From positions 558,001-622,000 of the forward strand of contig JAIVFI010000011.1 in assembly GCA_025558095.1 (NCBI GenBank): a DNA stretch of 64,000 nt. The letters run 5' to 3'. Source of the stretch: Hyaloraphidium curvatum SAG 235-1 (Eukaryota > Fungi > Monoblepharomycota). The notes beneath the pieces are model-generated. The model ran no database searches and was not told the DNA's origin. It saw only the letters and a list, made by a program, of their open reading frames with translations. Shown one piece after another: positions 23,368-34,159 of the stretch (the first letter of the stretch is position 1; each line of letters opens with the position of its first letter). The position numbers and the translations under genes are program-made.

Positions 23368-25809
23368 ATGTCCTGGTTCAGAGCCAACGACCCGAAAGTC
23401 CCTCTCGATACAGGGCATCGGGCACCGTCGTCGTCGTCTGCGGCGCCTCCTGCCCCGGAACCGGCCCCTGCGCCGCCTGCAGCCGCTCCGCCCGACGCGT
23501 CGGCTCCAGCACCGCGGGGACGCCCACCTCGGCGCGGACGTGGCGGACGGACAGAAAACGCCGAATCACGCGCGGAACCGGAGACGGGCAGCGAGCCGGT
23601 GGCTACTCCGGCCCGCGGAGGACGCGGAGGGCGGGGAGGATGCGGTCGGGCTGCTCCACCGCCGACCGGAGAACCGAAAGAGGAGGCCGCACCGCAGCTG
23701 CCGGCCGCAGAAAGACCCCCGCGGGGCCGCAAGCGCCCCACTGCACGCGGATCTGGTGCTCCGGGACCCGTTGCGGCCTCCTTTGCCCGGATAGACTCGG
23801 ACTTTGGCGACGATGACGTGGACTCGGACGCGCAGGCGGCGGCCGTGCAGGCGGGCCAGAGCGCTGGCGATCTTGCCCGCTCGGCGCAGTTTGTCGGCGC
23901 TGGATCTCGCGGCGGTCGGTCGCGAGGTCGAGGAAGGGATCGGGGACAAGGACAAGGGCGAGGCCGAGATCAAGCACCTCGTCAAGCCAGCGAGCAGGCC
24001 CTGGACGTGAACGCCGCGGAGTTTGTACCATCGGCAGCAGCCGCAAGTGCCCCTGCCGCACCGGCACCGCAGCCGGCGCCCTCGGCCCCCGCCGCTCCGG
24101 AACAGCAGCAAGCTGCCGCCCCAACGGCCAACGCCCCGCGACCTCGCCCGCCCGTGCGCCCCAACCGCCAATCCACCCTCTCACCCCTGGAACGCGACCT
24201 GGCCCAGCTCAACACCCGCTTCCCAGGCACCATTGTCCTGGACCTCGGCTCGATCCGCACCGCGCGGCTCCATTTTGCCCCCTCGGACCCGGACTTCCCC
24301 TTTGAGCTCCCCCGCCTCGACGTGGAGCTCCGCATCCCGGAAACCTATCCGGCGGGGTACCCGCGGCTGACCGTGCTCACCGCCGACATCCCGCCCGCGC
24401 TCAGGCGGCGCTGCGAGGGGCGGTGGGAGCGGTTCGCGCAGGCCAACGCCAAGAAGGTCGAGGGGAGGCTGTCGCTCGTGGGGCTCGTCAACTGGCTGGA
24501 CAGGGAGCTCGAGGGGATGCTCGTGAGCGCGGAGGAGGGGGCGGTGACGGGGATCGTGCGGCCCGGAGAGCGGCCTGCTGCGGAGACCGGTGCGGGCATG
24601 CATCAGCCCGACGCCGTTCCGGCGAGCCTGCACGTGCCGGAAGCAAGTGAACCGCCGAAGACCTCGGACGACGAGGAAGGAGACAATGCGGACGGCAGCG
24701 GCAGGCCTTTGGGCGCTGCGCCTGCGGATGTCAGCGCCGACTCGCTCGAGACGGCGTCGGACGAATCGGATTCCGAGTCGGATTCTGGCACATCCGACGG
24801 CGATTCCGAAGGGCCGGATCGCCCAGCTCAGGAGCTCGCGGAGCAGCTCGAAGCTGCGGTGCTCGACGACGACGCCGAAGGCACGCCGGGACAGGCCATC
24901 TCGGACGAGCGCCGCGGCACGCACCTCCGCCTCCCCGGCCTCCACCACCCCAACATCTCCCTCCTCCAGCCGCATTCGCTGCACCTCCTCCTCCGCTGCG
25001 GCCGCTGCCGCGCCCAGTTCCCCGGCCAGGACCTGCCGAACGACCGCGCGGTGCAGATCCCGTGTCCGCGGTGCGCGGCGCCTTGCGGCATCCGGATCCG
25101 GCCCTCGGCCATCACCGCGGACCCGCAGTCGGGCCTGGCATACATCGACTCGGACCTGTGCGCCCCCGCGGGGCTGCTCCCCGCGTCGTCCTACACCCCG
25201 ACATGCTCCGCGTGCGCGCAGCCCACCCCGGGCCTCTTCGCCGGCGTCGAGCGCGGCGAGACCGTCACCCGCTTCTGCAGGCACTGCCACCGCCGCATGG
25301 AGATGCGCTGGGAAGACGTGCGCTTCGTGCGGCTGGGCGAAGGCCTCCCCATCGGCGATTCGGAGCACCGTACCGGCGCCGAGCTCCCCCCGCGCAAAAA
25401 GACCTCCAAGCTCCCCGAGCACCCCGACGTGATACCTGGCAAGCCGCTGCCGAACAAGGGCGCATGCGCGGACTACACTCGCTCCTTCCGTTGGTTCCGC
25501 TTCCCGTGCTGCGGCATGCTCTATCCTTGTGACCTTTGCCACGAGCGCGGCAAGGCGGATTCGCACCCCCTGGAGTGGGCGACGAGGATGGTATGCGGCC
25601 ATTGCGGGCGGGAGCAGGGGTACCGCGCCGAAGGGCCCTGTTCGAGGTGCGGGGCGGACATGAGGAAGCGGAACCCGGTCGGGGGATTCTGGGAAGGTGG
25701 AAAGGGAACGCGGGACAGAGCGAAGATGAACAGGAGGGAGAAGAGGAAGTACCAGGGCATGGGGAAGACGGAGAGCAAGAAGGCCGAGCGGGTCGGCAAG
25801 AAGGCCTGA
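23368..25809 (+). CDS. CHY zinc-finger protein with RWD/UBC-like domain and extra CxxC pairs
   Basis: PSDPDFPFEL..IPETYP (RWD-like); C-terminal GKPLPNKGAC.DY.RSFRWFRFPCC..YPCD.CH..RMVCG.C.REQ..FWEGGKGTRD. Confidence 0.85.
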   Translation: MSWFRANDPKVPLDTGHRAPSSSSAAPPAPEPAPAPPAAAPPDASAPAPRGRPPRRGRGGRTENAESRAEPETGSEPVATPARGGRGGRGGCGRAAPPPTGEPKEEAAPQLPAAERPPRGRKRPTARGSGAPGPVAASFARIDSDFGDDDVDSDAQAAAVQAGQSAGDLARSAQFVGAGSRGGRSRGRGRDRGQGQGRGRDQAPRQASEQALDVNAAEFVPSAAAASAPAAPAPQPAPSAPAAPEQQQAAAPTANAPRPRPPVRPNRQSTLSPLERDLAQLNTRFPGTIVLDLGSIRTARLHFAPSDPDFPFELPRLDVELRIPETYPAGYPRLTVLTADIPPALRRRCEGRWERFAQANAKKVEGRLSLVGLVNWLDRELEGMLVSAEEGAVTGIVRPGERPAAETGAGMHQPDAVPASLHVPEASEPPKTSDDEEGDNADGSGRPLGAAPADVSADSLETASDESDSESDSGTSDGDSEGPDRPAQELAEQLEAAVLDDDAEGTPGQAISDERRGTHLRLPGLHHPNISLLQPHSLHLLLRCGRCRAQFPGQDLPNDRAVQIPCPRCAAPCGIRIRPSAITADPQSGLAYIDSDLCAPAGLLPASSYTPTCSACAQPTPGLFAGVERGETVTRFCRHCHRRMEMRWEDVRFVRLGEGLPIGDSEHRTGAELPPRKKTSKLPEHPDVIPGKPLPNKGACADYTRSFRWFRFPCCGMLYPCDLCHERGKADSHPLEWATRMVCGHCGREQGYRAEGPCSRCGADMRKRNPVGGFWEGGKGTRDRAKMNRREKRKYQGMGKTESKKAERVGKKA

Positions 25810-26395
25810 ATCTGTTGTGCTCGTGTGGCAACAGATGAAATGAGGCCTTCACGGTGACTCGTTCCGTCGTTCCCCATCAACCAAGCTAAGTGTCAAGCCG
25901 CAACACACCAGGCAGGTCAGTCAGCGTCTCCTTATCTCGAAGCAAACATCCTTGTGCCCGCCATTCCATGCTGCCCGGCCGGAGGGGGGGGAGGGGGTGG
26001 GGAAGGAGAATCAGGGGTGGGAAAGAGGGGCAGCCGCCGAGGATGCTTCCGCCGCTGCTTCGTCGGAATCCAGACGGATCCACTGTGTAAAGCGTGATCC
26101 TGCCGCAGGATCTCGGCACGCAGCGCCGGATGGCTGCTCCACTGGTGCCCATGTTGCTCGGGCGAAGGCATACGCATGGGCGTCCTGCTCCGCACCAAAG
26201 TACGCGAATCGGCCAATGGGGTCCAACTCCATAGTCTGCTCAGCAAGGCTCATCATCTGTGCAGCACGATTGGACAAGGCGGGCGGTGTGCGCGGCAACT
26301 GCGGGGCGGCAAGCCGGCCGGCGGCGGGACGCTGCGTCCTGCGATCCCCCCCGCTTCCTTTCCGTTCCGGGCCCAAGACGCGTCCATTCTACCAA

Positions 26396-26767
26396 TCATG
26401 ACTCCTCCACGATGCTCAACCCCTCCACCTTCTTCTTCCCCACTCTCAAACCCGGAACCAGCCTCTTCGCGCGCTCCAAAAACCTCTCCCCATCGTCGCA
26501 CGAGAAGCACTTGACGATCCCGTCCCCGTGCACGCCGATCATCAAGTACATCTTCGGCGGCGTCGCGCGGCCGAATCGCGTCATGTCCAGAGCCCACCAG
26601 TGCGTGAAGTCCCCGGACCCGGAAATGCGGTACGCGGGGCCGTCGAAGATCCAGAGCTTGGCGATGTCGGCCAGGGGAATGGTCTTGGAACCCGCGGGGA
26701 AGAAGTAGTGCTTGATGACGAGGCCTGACGCGTCGAGGGCGCAGAAACCGTCGGAGTACGAGGCCAT
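26396..26767 (-). CDS. Small hypothetical protein, PH-like fold of a type common in actinobacteria
   Basis: YSDG..LDASGLVIKHYFFPAGSKTIPLADI..RISGSGDF.HWWALD..R; strong coding codon bias. Confidence 0.6.
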   Translation of the reverse strand: MASYSDGFCALDASGLVIKHYFFPAGSKTIPLADIAKLWIFDGPAYRISGSGDFTHWWALDMTRFGRATPPKMYLMIGVHGDGIVKCFSCDDGERFLERAKRLVPGLRVGKKKVEGLSIVEES

Positions 26768-26916
26768 CGGAAGTGCGACGCGTTGTTTCGGCCCCGGGGT
26801 GGACAATTTCCGCTGCATGGAGCGAATCCTTGAATCCCCTATCTGCCAAGTACAAAGGTCATCAAAGTCTTCATCTCGATCACCAATCCGCCCTTAGCCA
26901 GCTGCGTTCACTGTAG

Positions 26917-28491
26917 CTAGGTGTCACTTTCTTCATCCGACGAATCGAGGGTGAGAACGGGAACAGAGCGGCGGGGCGGGTGGCTCATCCCGTCGCTCGG
27001 ATTGCTGAAGTCGCTGTTGTGACCCAGCTGGTCGATGTCGCTGCTGAGGGGTATCTCGAATCGGGGCGGGCTCGCGAGGAACCGTGTGAGCCAATCCCGA
27101 AGTCGTCCGGTCCGGGCGGGAACGGGGGGCGGGATCGTTATGTGGTCGAGGCTTTCCCAGGGCTCGACGTTGTCCTGCTGCAAGAGCTCCAGCTCAGCAA
27201 GTACGGCGCCAACGTCGCAGGTGAAGGTGACGTTCTCGGCGCGCATCCACACCCGGAGCTCGTTCAGTGCCCCATGAGCCCTGTTCCCGCCAAAACCGAT
27301 AAAATCGGAAATGCTTGTGCGATCGAGCTCCTGAAGGCCCTTGCGATCGAAATCCTGAATCCGGATCCTGCAGGACGATCTACTCCGTAGGGTTGCCTCG
27401 AGCCGCAGAAGGCTGGTGCGGCTAATCCCAATCAGACGAAGGCACCCGATCGTGAGCGTCTCGAGATTCCGCGGCAGTCTATCATCGACGAGGTCCCAGG
27501 GTCCGACGAGGCTGAAGGCCACATGGCGAAGAAAGTCCAGCTTCGCAAGTCGCTCCCACTGATTGGGTGAGACGTACCTCGTCCTGGTGTCGTTGTCAAG
27601 AGGGAGGAGGGCGTCCGGCCGGAAGTTAGGGAGAACTTCCACCAGGTGAAGAAAGTCAGCGATTTCTCCGTACCGCCAGACTTTGACCTTGGGAACCAGC
27701 GAAGGTCGGAGTGCGGTATCCGTAGATTCTCCGAGCCTATTGAGGTTGCTCAGGTGGCATTCGAAGACCTCGAGCCCGGAAGCGGCCGCGTTCAGCATGA
27801 CGAGAGTTCCTCTTGCTCGGGCATCACAGGACAAGAAGGCGTGCTTCAGCTTCGGCAGAGTGTTTCGGGTAGTGGCAACCTGGAGCGCGTCCATGGGCTC
27901 GTCACCGAGTCCGAAACGGAAGCGCATGTCCCTGGTGTCGAGGTGCATCTCCAGGTACGTCAGTTCCGAAAAAGAATGGTCCTCCACTGCAATCCAAAAG
28001 TTCGTTGCCTCCTGCGAGTCCGTGAACGAGCATTTGAGGCTCCTGAGTCCAGGGCACATCTCGGCAAACCGCACTCCGTGGTCGAATCCGACAGCGTCGA
28101 GTTCGCGCACGTGCCGGAGCCTCCGGTCGGCGAGGTTTGCGGCGAGCATGCGGTCAATGTGAACCTCCGGCTTCTGGAGCATCGACTTCAGGTCCAGGCT
28201 CGAGAGGGACAGTGGGAACAGTATCTCGTGGAAGTCGCGGCAGGCGAGCATCATGTTGACGAGGGTCCGAGAGCCGGATTTCAGGTGCTTTCCAATCTCG
28301 ACGATGAGCTCGAGCGGTAGAGCGGCGCGTTCGATGGCCACGACTTCGTTGTCCTGAGGGGCAGGCAGCGCGAGTCCCGCACCGGCGAGCATCCGCTCCG
28401 CGGCGGCGCGAGCTGCTTTCTCGGCATTGAGCCGCAGCTTCAGCGAGGCAACTTCGGCGCGAAGCGCCTCGACCTCGGCGTGGGAGGCCAT
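26917..28491 (-). CDS. F-box-like/LRR-like protein with N-terminal coiled coil (lineage-expanded family)
   Basis: Coiled coil followed by LPLELIVEIGKHL..TLVNMMLACRDF (F-box-like) and LxxLxL-type repeats. Confidence 0.65.
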   Translation of the reverse strand: MASHAEVEALRAEVASLKLRLNAEKAARAAAERMLAGAGLALPAPQDNEVVAIERAALPLELIVEIGKHLKSGSRTLVNMMLACRDFHEILFPLSLSSLDLKSMLQKPEVHIDRMLAANLADRRLRHVRELDAVGFDHGVRFAEMCPGLRSLKCSFTDSQEATNFWIAVEDHSFSELTYLEMHLDTRDMRFRFGLGDEPMDALQVATTRNTLPKLKHAFLSCDARARGTLVMLNAAASGLEVFECHLSNLNRLGESTDTALRPSLVPKVKVWRYGEIADFLHLVEVLPNFRPDALLPLDNDTRTRYVSPNQWERLAKLDFLRHVAFSLVGPWDLVDDRLPRNLETLTIGCLRLIGISRTSLLRLEATLRSRSSCRIRIQDFDRKGLQELDRTSISDFIGFGGNRAHGALNELRVWMRAENVTFTCDVGAVLAELELLQQDNVEPWESLDHITIPPPVPARTGRLRDWLTRFLASPPRFEIPLSSDIDQLGHNSDFSNPSDGMSHPPRRSVPVLTLDSSDEESDT

Positions 28492-28599
28492 GTCTTTGGC
28501 ATTCAATGTTTGGCGGCCTCGCGCGCCCTCGCGTGTGCAGAAACCTCCGGACCGCGGCCGCCCCACTCTGATTGCCTGGAAAGTTGCAATCGACTGCTA

Positions 28600-29370
28600 A
28601 TGTCGAGCGGTGCATCCGACGGACTCCGCCGCCGTGCCGCAAACGGGACTCCGGGCGGTCCCGTGGGCACAGAACGCGTCGGCGCCCAAGCTGGGCCTCG
28701 CGTCGTGCCTCCGGAGCTTCAGGCGCGCCTGGATCTCGTTCCGTACCAAATTGCTGCGCTTGTCATTGCGCTCGTCATCGCGGTTGCCCCGTACTTTATG
28801 CCTTCGAGGGCTGCAACCACTCCCGAAGCACTATTGGACCTTGGCCGCAGCGGGAGATGGGAACAGGTCATCGGCGCGTTTGCGGCCGATCACACGCTGG
28901 GCAGACGGACGGCAAGATTCGCGGATAGCAAATCCGGCTGGACGCTGCTGCACGAGGCCGCGCGGGCCGGAAACGAGGCGGCGGTTCGTATTCTGATCGA
29001 GCACGGGGCTGACGCGGCCAAAAGTTCGAACTTCGAGCCGCCGAGGAGGGAGGCGAGGGAGGTGGCCGAGTTCTACGGGCACAAGGCCCTGGCAGAACTG
29101 CTCGATCGTGCCCTGGAGGGCGCCGCATCGTCCTGGGCTCCGTCGCCCGATCCGGAAACGTGGCCGGCGAGCGGCGCGTGGAAGGAGGCCAGGCCGGTGC
29201 CTGTTGAGGAGAACATGGCGGTGGCATACGCTGGGAGCGTGGTTAAAGTTGAGGCCGGCACGACCCGGTGGATCGACGAATTTGGGCGGACGCTGATTGG
29301 GTGGCACGGGAGCTACAACCCGCCGACCGGGATGGATGGGGAGCCGATGGTTGAAACTCAGGACCAGTAG
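28600..29370 (+). CDS. Ankyrin-repeat protein with N-terminal TM segment and distinct C-terminal domain
   Basis: TM IAALVIALVIAVA; ankyrin GWTLLHEAARAGNEAAVRILIEHGAD; C-terminal VAYAG..IDEFGRTLIGWHGSYNPP.GMDG. Confidence 0.75.
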   Translation: MSSGASDGLRRRAANGTPGGPVGTERVGAQAGPRVVPPELQARLDLVPYQIAALVIALVIAVAPYFMPSRAATTPEALLDLGRSGRWEQVIGAFAADHTLGRRTARFADSKSGWTLLHEAARAGNEAAVRILIEHGADAAKSSNFEPPRREAREVAEFYGHKALAELLDRALEGAASSWAPSPDPETWPASGAWKEARPVPVEENMAVAYAGSVVKVEAGTTRWIDEFGRTLIGWHGSYNPPTGMDGEPMVETQDQ

Positions 29371-29564
29371 ATTTATTTCGCTACGCTTTGCCTTATGCTT
29401 CCGGGAAGTTGGTGTGACAGGTGAAGTCGTCGACCTGCTCACGGCCGGCGGGTCGCGCGCGACCGGCGCGACCAACCCGGTCTCCGCCGCCAGGCGGCGT
29501 CCTACTCCGCTCTCCCCGCATTCGGCGTGTCATTCGACACAGCCGCCACTTCTTGTCGTCAGAA

Positions 29565-32135
29565 ATGAGCGCGAGCGAGTCGCCCGGCTCTCCCGGGACC
29601 GCTTCCACGTCGGACCTTCCCCCTCTCCCGCCGTCGCCCACCACACCCGAGGACTCCGACGCGGTCGAATCTCCCCAAGGCTACCCGACGGACAACAGCT
29701 TGGACGAAGACGGCTCCGCCCGGGACGAGATTCCTGCCCACGTGCTGAGGCAAATCGAGCTCCTCAACCTCGAAGTGGAATCGGACCCGAAGTCGATATG
29801 GTTCGACAAATTAATCTACGCTCCCGCGTCTATCCTGGACCATGCTGCGACTACCAGAACAATAGGGAGCCGCCGGAAGCGCGAGCCATCTTCCTCAATG
29901 ACTCTGTTGGACCTGCCTCCGCCCGCGGACCTCGAAGTCATGTTTGGGTGGCCGCCGCCGAACGGCGACGGGGATGAGACTCCGGAAAAGGAGAGCGTGT
30001 GGTCCGAATGGCAGGATGGCGCCGTGCCGGCGCCCATTGCCCACGGCCCGGCGCACCGCGAGCTCGTGTTGCGTGGACCTCCGCCCAGCGCGCGACCGGA
30101 CGTCTGGGGCACGTTGGCAGCCGTCGCCGAGCTCGGCATCGGCACGCTGTACAAGCAGCTGAAGGAGGACCACAGTCCGTTCGACAAGCTGATATCGCGG
30201 GACGTGCCGCGGACATTCCCGAAACTGGGCATGTTCCGCGAGGACTCGGGACCGGGGCAGGAGCTTCTGGGGAGCATTTTGAGGGCATACAGCCTGTACG
30301 ATGGGGAGGTTGGGTACTGCCAGGGAATGAGTTTCGTCGTTGCCGGCATGCTGATTGTCGGGGTGAGAGCTTTTCCGCGCCGTTGGTCGTTCCCCGCTCA
30401 TCCTCACTCCCTCCAGCTGACGGAACTGGACAGCTTCAGCATGCTAGTTCGCTTGATGGAGGGCTTTCCACCTTTCTTCCGCGGCACTCCGGAGGTGGTC
30501 CGACGCCCTTCGGGGGCCCTCAGGCGCAGCCATTACGCCTATCCGTTGCGCCACCTCTACACGCCCGGCATGCCGCTTCTGCACGCACTACTCCATCTCC
30601 TGACGCACTTTGCGTCCGAAACGATGCCAGAGGTGCAGAAGCACCTTGAAGACGCCGGCTTGGAACCCGCGACGTGGGCAAGCCAGTGGTTCCTGACTTT
30701 GTTTACCTACTCGTTCCCCCGGTTCGTCTGGGAGCGGACGTGGGACATGTGTTTTGCCGAGGTCTCCGACGAGGGCGACCACGGTGATCAGCCGGCGGAC
30801 GGCGCCGCGCCGGAAGCCAGCAGAGCCTCGCCGGCCAGCAACGCGAAGCCGCGCAAGACGTACTTTCTCCCGCGGACCTTGCTGATTGCCGCCCTGGCAG
30901 CATTACAGCACGTAAAACCCCGCCTTCTCGAGGCGAACGATCCGGAGGTCTTGCTCCAGCTCCTGCGAGGGGACCGGATCTGCAACACATTCGCGGACTG
31001 CGAGGCTGTCGTCGACCAAGCTTCATCTTGGTACAACGAGTCCTCTTTCGTGCCCGTGGATCAGGTCAGGAAGAAGATGCGCGAGTTTTGGCGGAGCATC
31101 GTCGATCGGGTGGCGAGCCGGGGCACGTCGCCGGCGGAGGGCGATGCCGCGCGCGAAGAGAAGCAACCCGAGGTGGTTGCCGCCCCCGAGACGGACAACC
31201 GCAGCAATGTGGCTCCTGCTGTTCGTCAGCAGTCGTCGTTTACCTTTGGTTTGTTCCGAGGAAGGGGGGCACGCAACGACGAACAGGACCTGAAGCAAGC
31301 ATTGATGGAGGCCCGGCGCCGGGCCGAGGAGGCGGAAAGCCGGGCGGAGTTGCTTTCTCATCAGTTGGACGTGATGGCGGCCCGGCAGCACGACGCCCCC
31401 CTCGCTGGGCAGGAGCTTGACGAGCCGATGATGGACGGCTCCGATGGGTGGCGCGCAGAGAAGGAGATGTGGAGGGAGGAAGTCCTGCGCTTGGGACGTG
31501 TCGTGGATGCGCGCGAGGCGGAAATGGTCCGGTGAGATGTTTCGAGGGCTGCACCGCACGCACGATGCTAACGAATCGACGACGCGGACAGCATCACCGA
31601 TGCGATGGCTTCTTTGAACGCGCGGGTGGAAGAACTGGAGGTCATGAACGCGGAGCTCCGGCTGGAGAACACAATGCTGAAGGACATGCTTCGGGCGGCA
31701 ACGCCGTCGCCGGATCCCGGAAAGGGCGGTTCTCGGAACGTTGCGCGGGCCCCGAGCAAGACCCTCCCGCCTCCCCCGCTTACGGTCGTGGACGCTTCGT
31801 ACCCGAACGCTGCTCCGTCGTCGGCTGGCGACGAGGAAGGCGACTCCAAGCCGGCGTCTTGGACGAGCCGCATCTTTGCGTCGGTGAAGGAGTCGGTCTT
31901 CGGGGACGACGAGGACGACGATCTTCCGGACACTCCCGTCGACGAAGAGCGCGGAAGGAGGACTCCAACCGGCTCGCGGGACGCTGCGAGGGCAAGTGGG
32001 CGGAAATCGCCCGACGGACGGTCGGTCTTGCCCGCGCCGCCCGACAGCGGTTCGTTGTTCGTCATCACGCCCGAGATGCGCGCTGCTGGCGGGACCGTGT
32101 TTCGAAGCCCTAGCTTGCGGAGAAACAAGCAATAA
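29565..32135 (+). CDS. TBC-domain Rab GTPase-activating protein (Gyp5/EVI5-like) with coiled coil, 3 exons
   Basis: ISRDVPRTF (R finger), YCQGMSF (Q finger), SQWFLTLF; introns about 30363-30417 and 31532-31591. Confidence 0.88.
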
Positions 32136-32191
32136 ATGGGCGTAGCTGACGCTCACATTCTTTTCTTCTTCCATCTCCACCAGTTGTCCCG

Positions 32192-34081
32192 TTACGCTGC
32201 CTTCGCCGCCGTCGCGATCACTTTCGCCGGAACGGGTTCGGCCGCGGGCCCCTTGGCCTCCTTCCCCTGCTCCTCCACGACCCCCGCCTTCTCCTTCCCG
32301 AGCTTCTTAAACCTGTGCGGCGAGCACTTTTCCAGGTACCCCGGCATCTCCTTCCTCCCCGGCACCCCCTCGGCCCACTCCGCATCGCCGTACTTGCCGC
32401 ACACCTCGGCTGCGAGCAGCATCCCCGCCGCGCCGCCCTTGGTAAAGGCCGCCCCCGTGCACACGTGCAGGCCGGGCTCGAGCTCCCCCACGATCACGTT
32501 CTGGTCCGGCGTGAAGGGCATCGTCCCGCCCCACCCCCTGCCGACCGTCGGCGCGCCCGCAAACGCCGGCAGCAGGTCCGCCAGCTTCTCCCGCGTCGCC
32601 GCGAGCCCCTCGCGGAGCGGCACCCCGCCGAGGTCGCCGACCACCCTGTCCCCGCCGAACTTGCACACGCGCTCCGAGGTGCCCAGCTGCAGCCCGTAGA
32701 AGTGGTTGGTGCGCCTTTCCATGTCCGGGCCGAGGGTCGAGTTGTGCCCGTCGCGGTTGCGGGCCCAGTACAGCGGGCCCTCGTACGAGAAGAGGAGGTG
32801 CTTGAGCTCGGGTAGGTCGGGGGGGAGGCGGACGGCGAGCATCTGGCCGTGCATGGGTTTGACGGGGACGTCGTGGCCCAGCTGCGCGGCCATGGCGTTG
32901 TCCCACGGGCCCGCGCAGAGGAGCAGGACGTCGGCGTGCAGCGGGATCGAAGGGTCGGAGGTGCCAACGGGGCGGAGGGCGAGGTCGTACCCCGTGCCGG
33001 CGCGGTCGAGGCCGAGGACCTCGGTGCCGAGGGCGAATTCGACGCCGTTGTCGCGCGCGCGGTCGGCGTAGGCCTTGCAGAGCGAGTAGGGGTCCATGGT
33101 GAAGCAGCCCTGCTTGAGCACGGCGCCGGCGAGGTTCTTGCTGCCCTTGAGCGCGGGCTCGGCGGCCACGGCCTCCTCGGGGGTCAGGAGGACGTCGGTG
33201 CCGCGGCAGGCCTTGCGGGCGAACTCGAGCTCCTCGGGCGAGTTAGCCAGGCCGAGCATGGGCCGCGGGCTGAAACCAATGGGGCCCCAGTTCTCGTGCA
33301 CGGACTTGCTCATCTCGAACGACATCTGGCCCAGCCATTCGGCGAGGCCGACGGCCTGCGCGTTGGCGGCGCGGGCCTCGAGCAGCGGGCCGGCGTACAT
33401 GATGGCCGAGGAGCGCAGCGCGGTGCCGCCGATGAGGTGCGAGCGGTCCACGACGAGGATGCGGTACTCGTCGGCGAGCTTCTTGTCGAGCGACAGGTGG
33501 TACGCGGCCGACACCCCGCAGATGCCCGCGCCCACCACGACCAGCGTCTTTTTGTCAGACTTGGCGGGCGGAACTGCCGCCTTGGGCGGCACGTAATCGG
33601 CCACGGTGCCGATCAGCAGCGCGTCGCGGATGGCGGTGGCCTCCTCCGAGTGGCCGAGCTCGGCCCACTCGCGCGACACGTCCTTGCCGGCGTACGCGGC
33701 CAGGATGGCGCGGCCGCCCGGGTGCGACGGGATCCACGCCGATGCGTCGTACACGCGGCCGTCGACGACGAACCAGCAGTCGGCGGGCGAGTTGTGCGTG
33801 GCGACCTCGTCCATTTTGAAGGCGGGCAGCGGGTGCTCGTCGGCCTCGCGCCTCGGCGGCGCCTCGGCGAGCACCGCGCGCCTCTGAGAGAAGAGCGCGG
33901 CAAAGAGGCCGGCGGCGGCGGCGACGCCCGCGGCCGCGAACGGCGAGGCGCGCGCGGCGGGGCGGCCGCCCGGCCCCGACGACCACGCGCGGCGCACGGC
34001 GGGGAGCACCGGCGCGCCCGCCGGCCGCGCCGCCGCGAGCCTTAAAGCGCCGAAGCCGCGGAGCAGCGCCGGCCGGGTCAT
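32192..34081 (-). CDS. Mitochondria-targeted cytochrome b5 + FAD-dependent (DAO/glycine oxidase-like) oxidoreductase fusion
   Basis: Arg/Ala-rich presequence, short hydrophobic stretch, b5 domain (EVATHNS..CW..VDGRVYD..HPGG..GHS), then VVGAGICG, P.HGQM, WGGTMPFTPD. Confidence 0.85.
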   Translation of the reverse strand: MTRPALLRGFGALRLAAARPAGAPVLPAVRRAWSSGPGGRPAARASPFAAAGVAAAAGLFAALFSQRRAVLAEAPPRREADEHPLPAFKMDEVATHNSPADCWFVVDGRVYDASAWIPSHPGGRAILAAYAGKDVSREWAELGHSEEATAIRDALLIGTVADYVPPKAAVPPAKSDKKTLVVVGAGICGVSAAYHLSLDKKLADEYRILVVDRSHLIGGTALRSSAIMYAGPLLEARAANAQAVGLAEWLGQMSFEMSKSVHENWGPIGFSPRPMLGLANSPEELEFARKACRGTDVLLTPEEAVAAEPALKGSKNLAGAVLKQGCFTMDPYSLCKAYADRARDNGVEFALGTEVLGLDRAGTGYDLALRPVGTSDPSIPLHADVLLLCAGPWDNAMAAQLGHDVPVKPMHGQMLAVRLPPDLPELKHLLFSYEGPLYWARNRDGHNSTLGPDMERRTNHFYGLQLGTSERVCKFGGDRVVGDLGGVPLREGLAATREKLADLLPAFAGAPTVGRGWGGTMPFTPDQNVIVGELEPGLHVCTGAAFTKGGAAGMLLAAEVCGKYGDAEWAEGVPGRKEMPGYLEKCSPHRFKKLGKEKAGVVEEQGKEAKGPAAEPVPAKVIATAAKAA

Positions 34082-34159
34082 CGTCGGCTGGCTAAGCAGG
34101 AAGTTGGATCGGCCGGTAAACAAACAGACGCGTGCCTCCTACGGTAGATTTAACCGACG

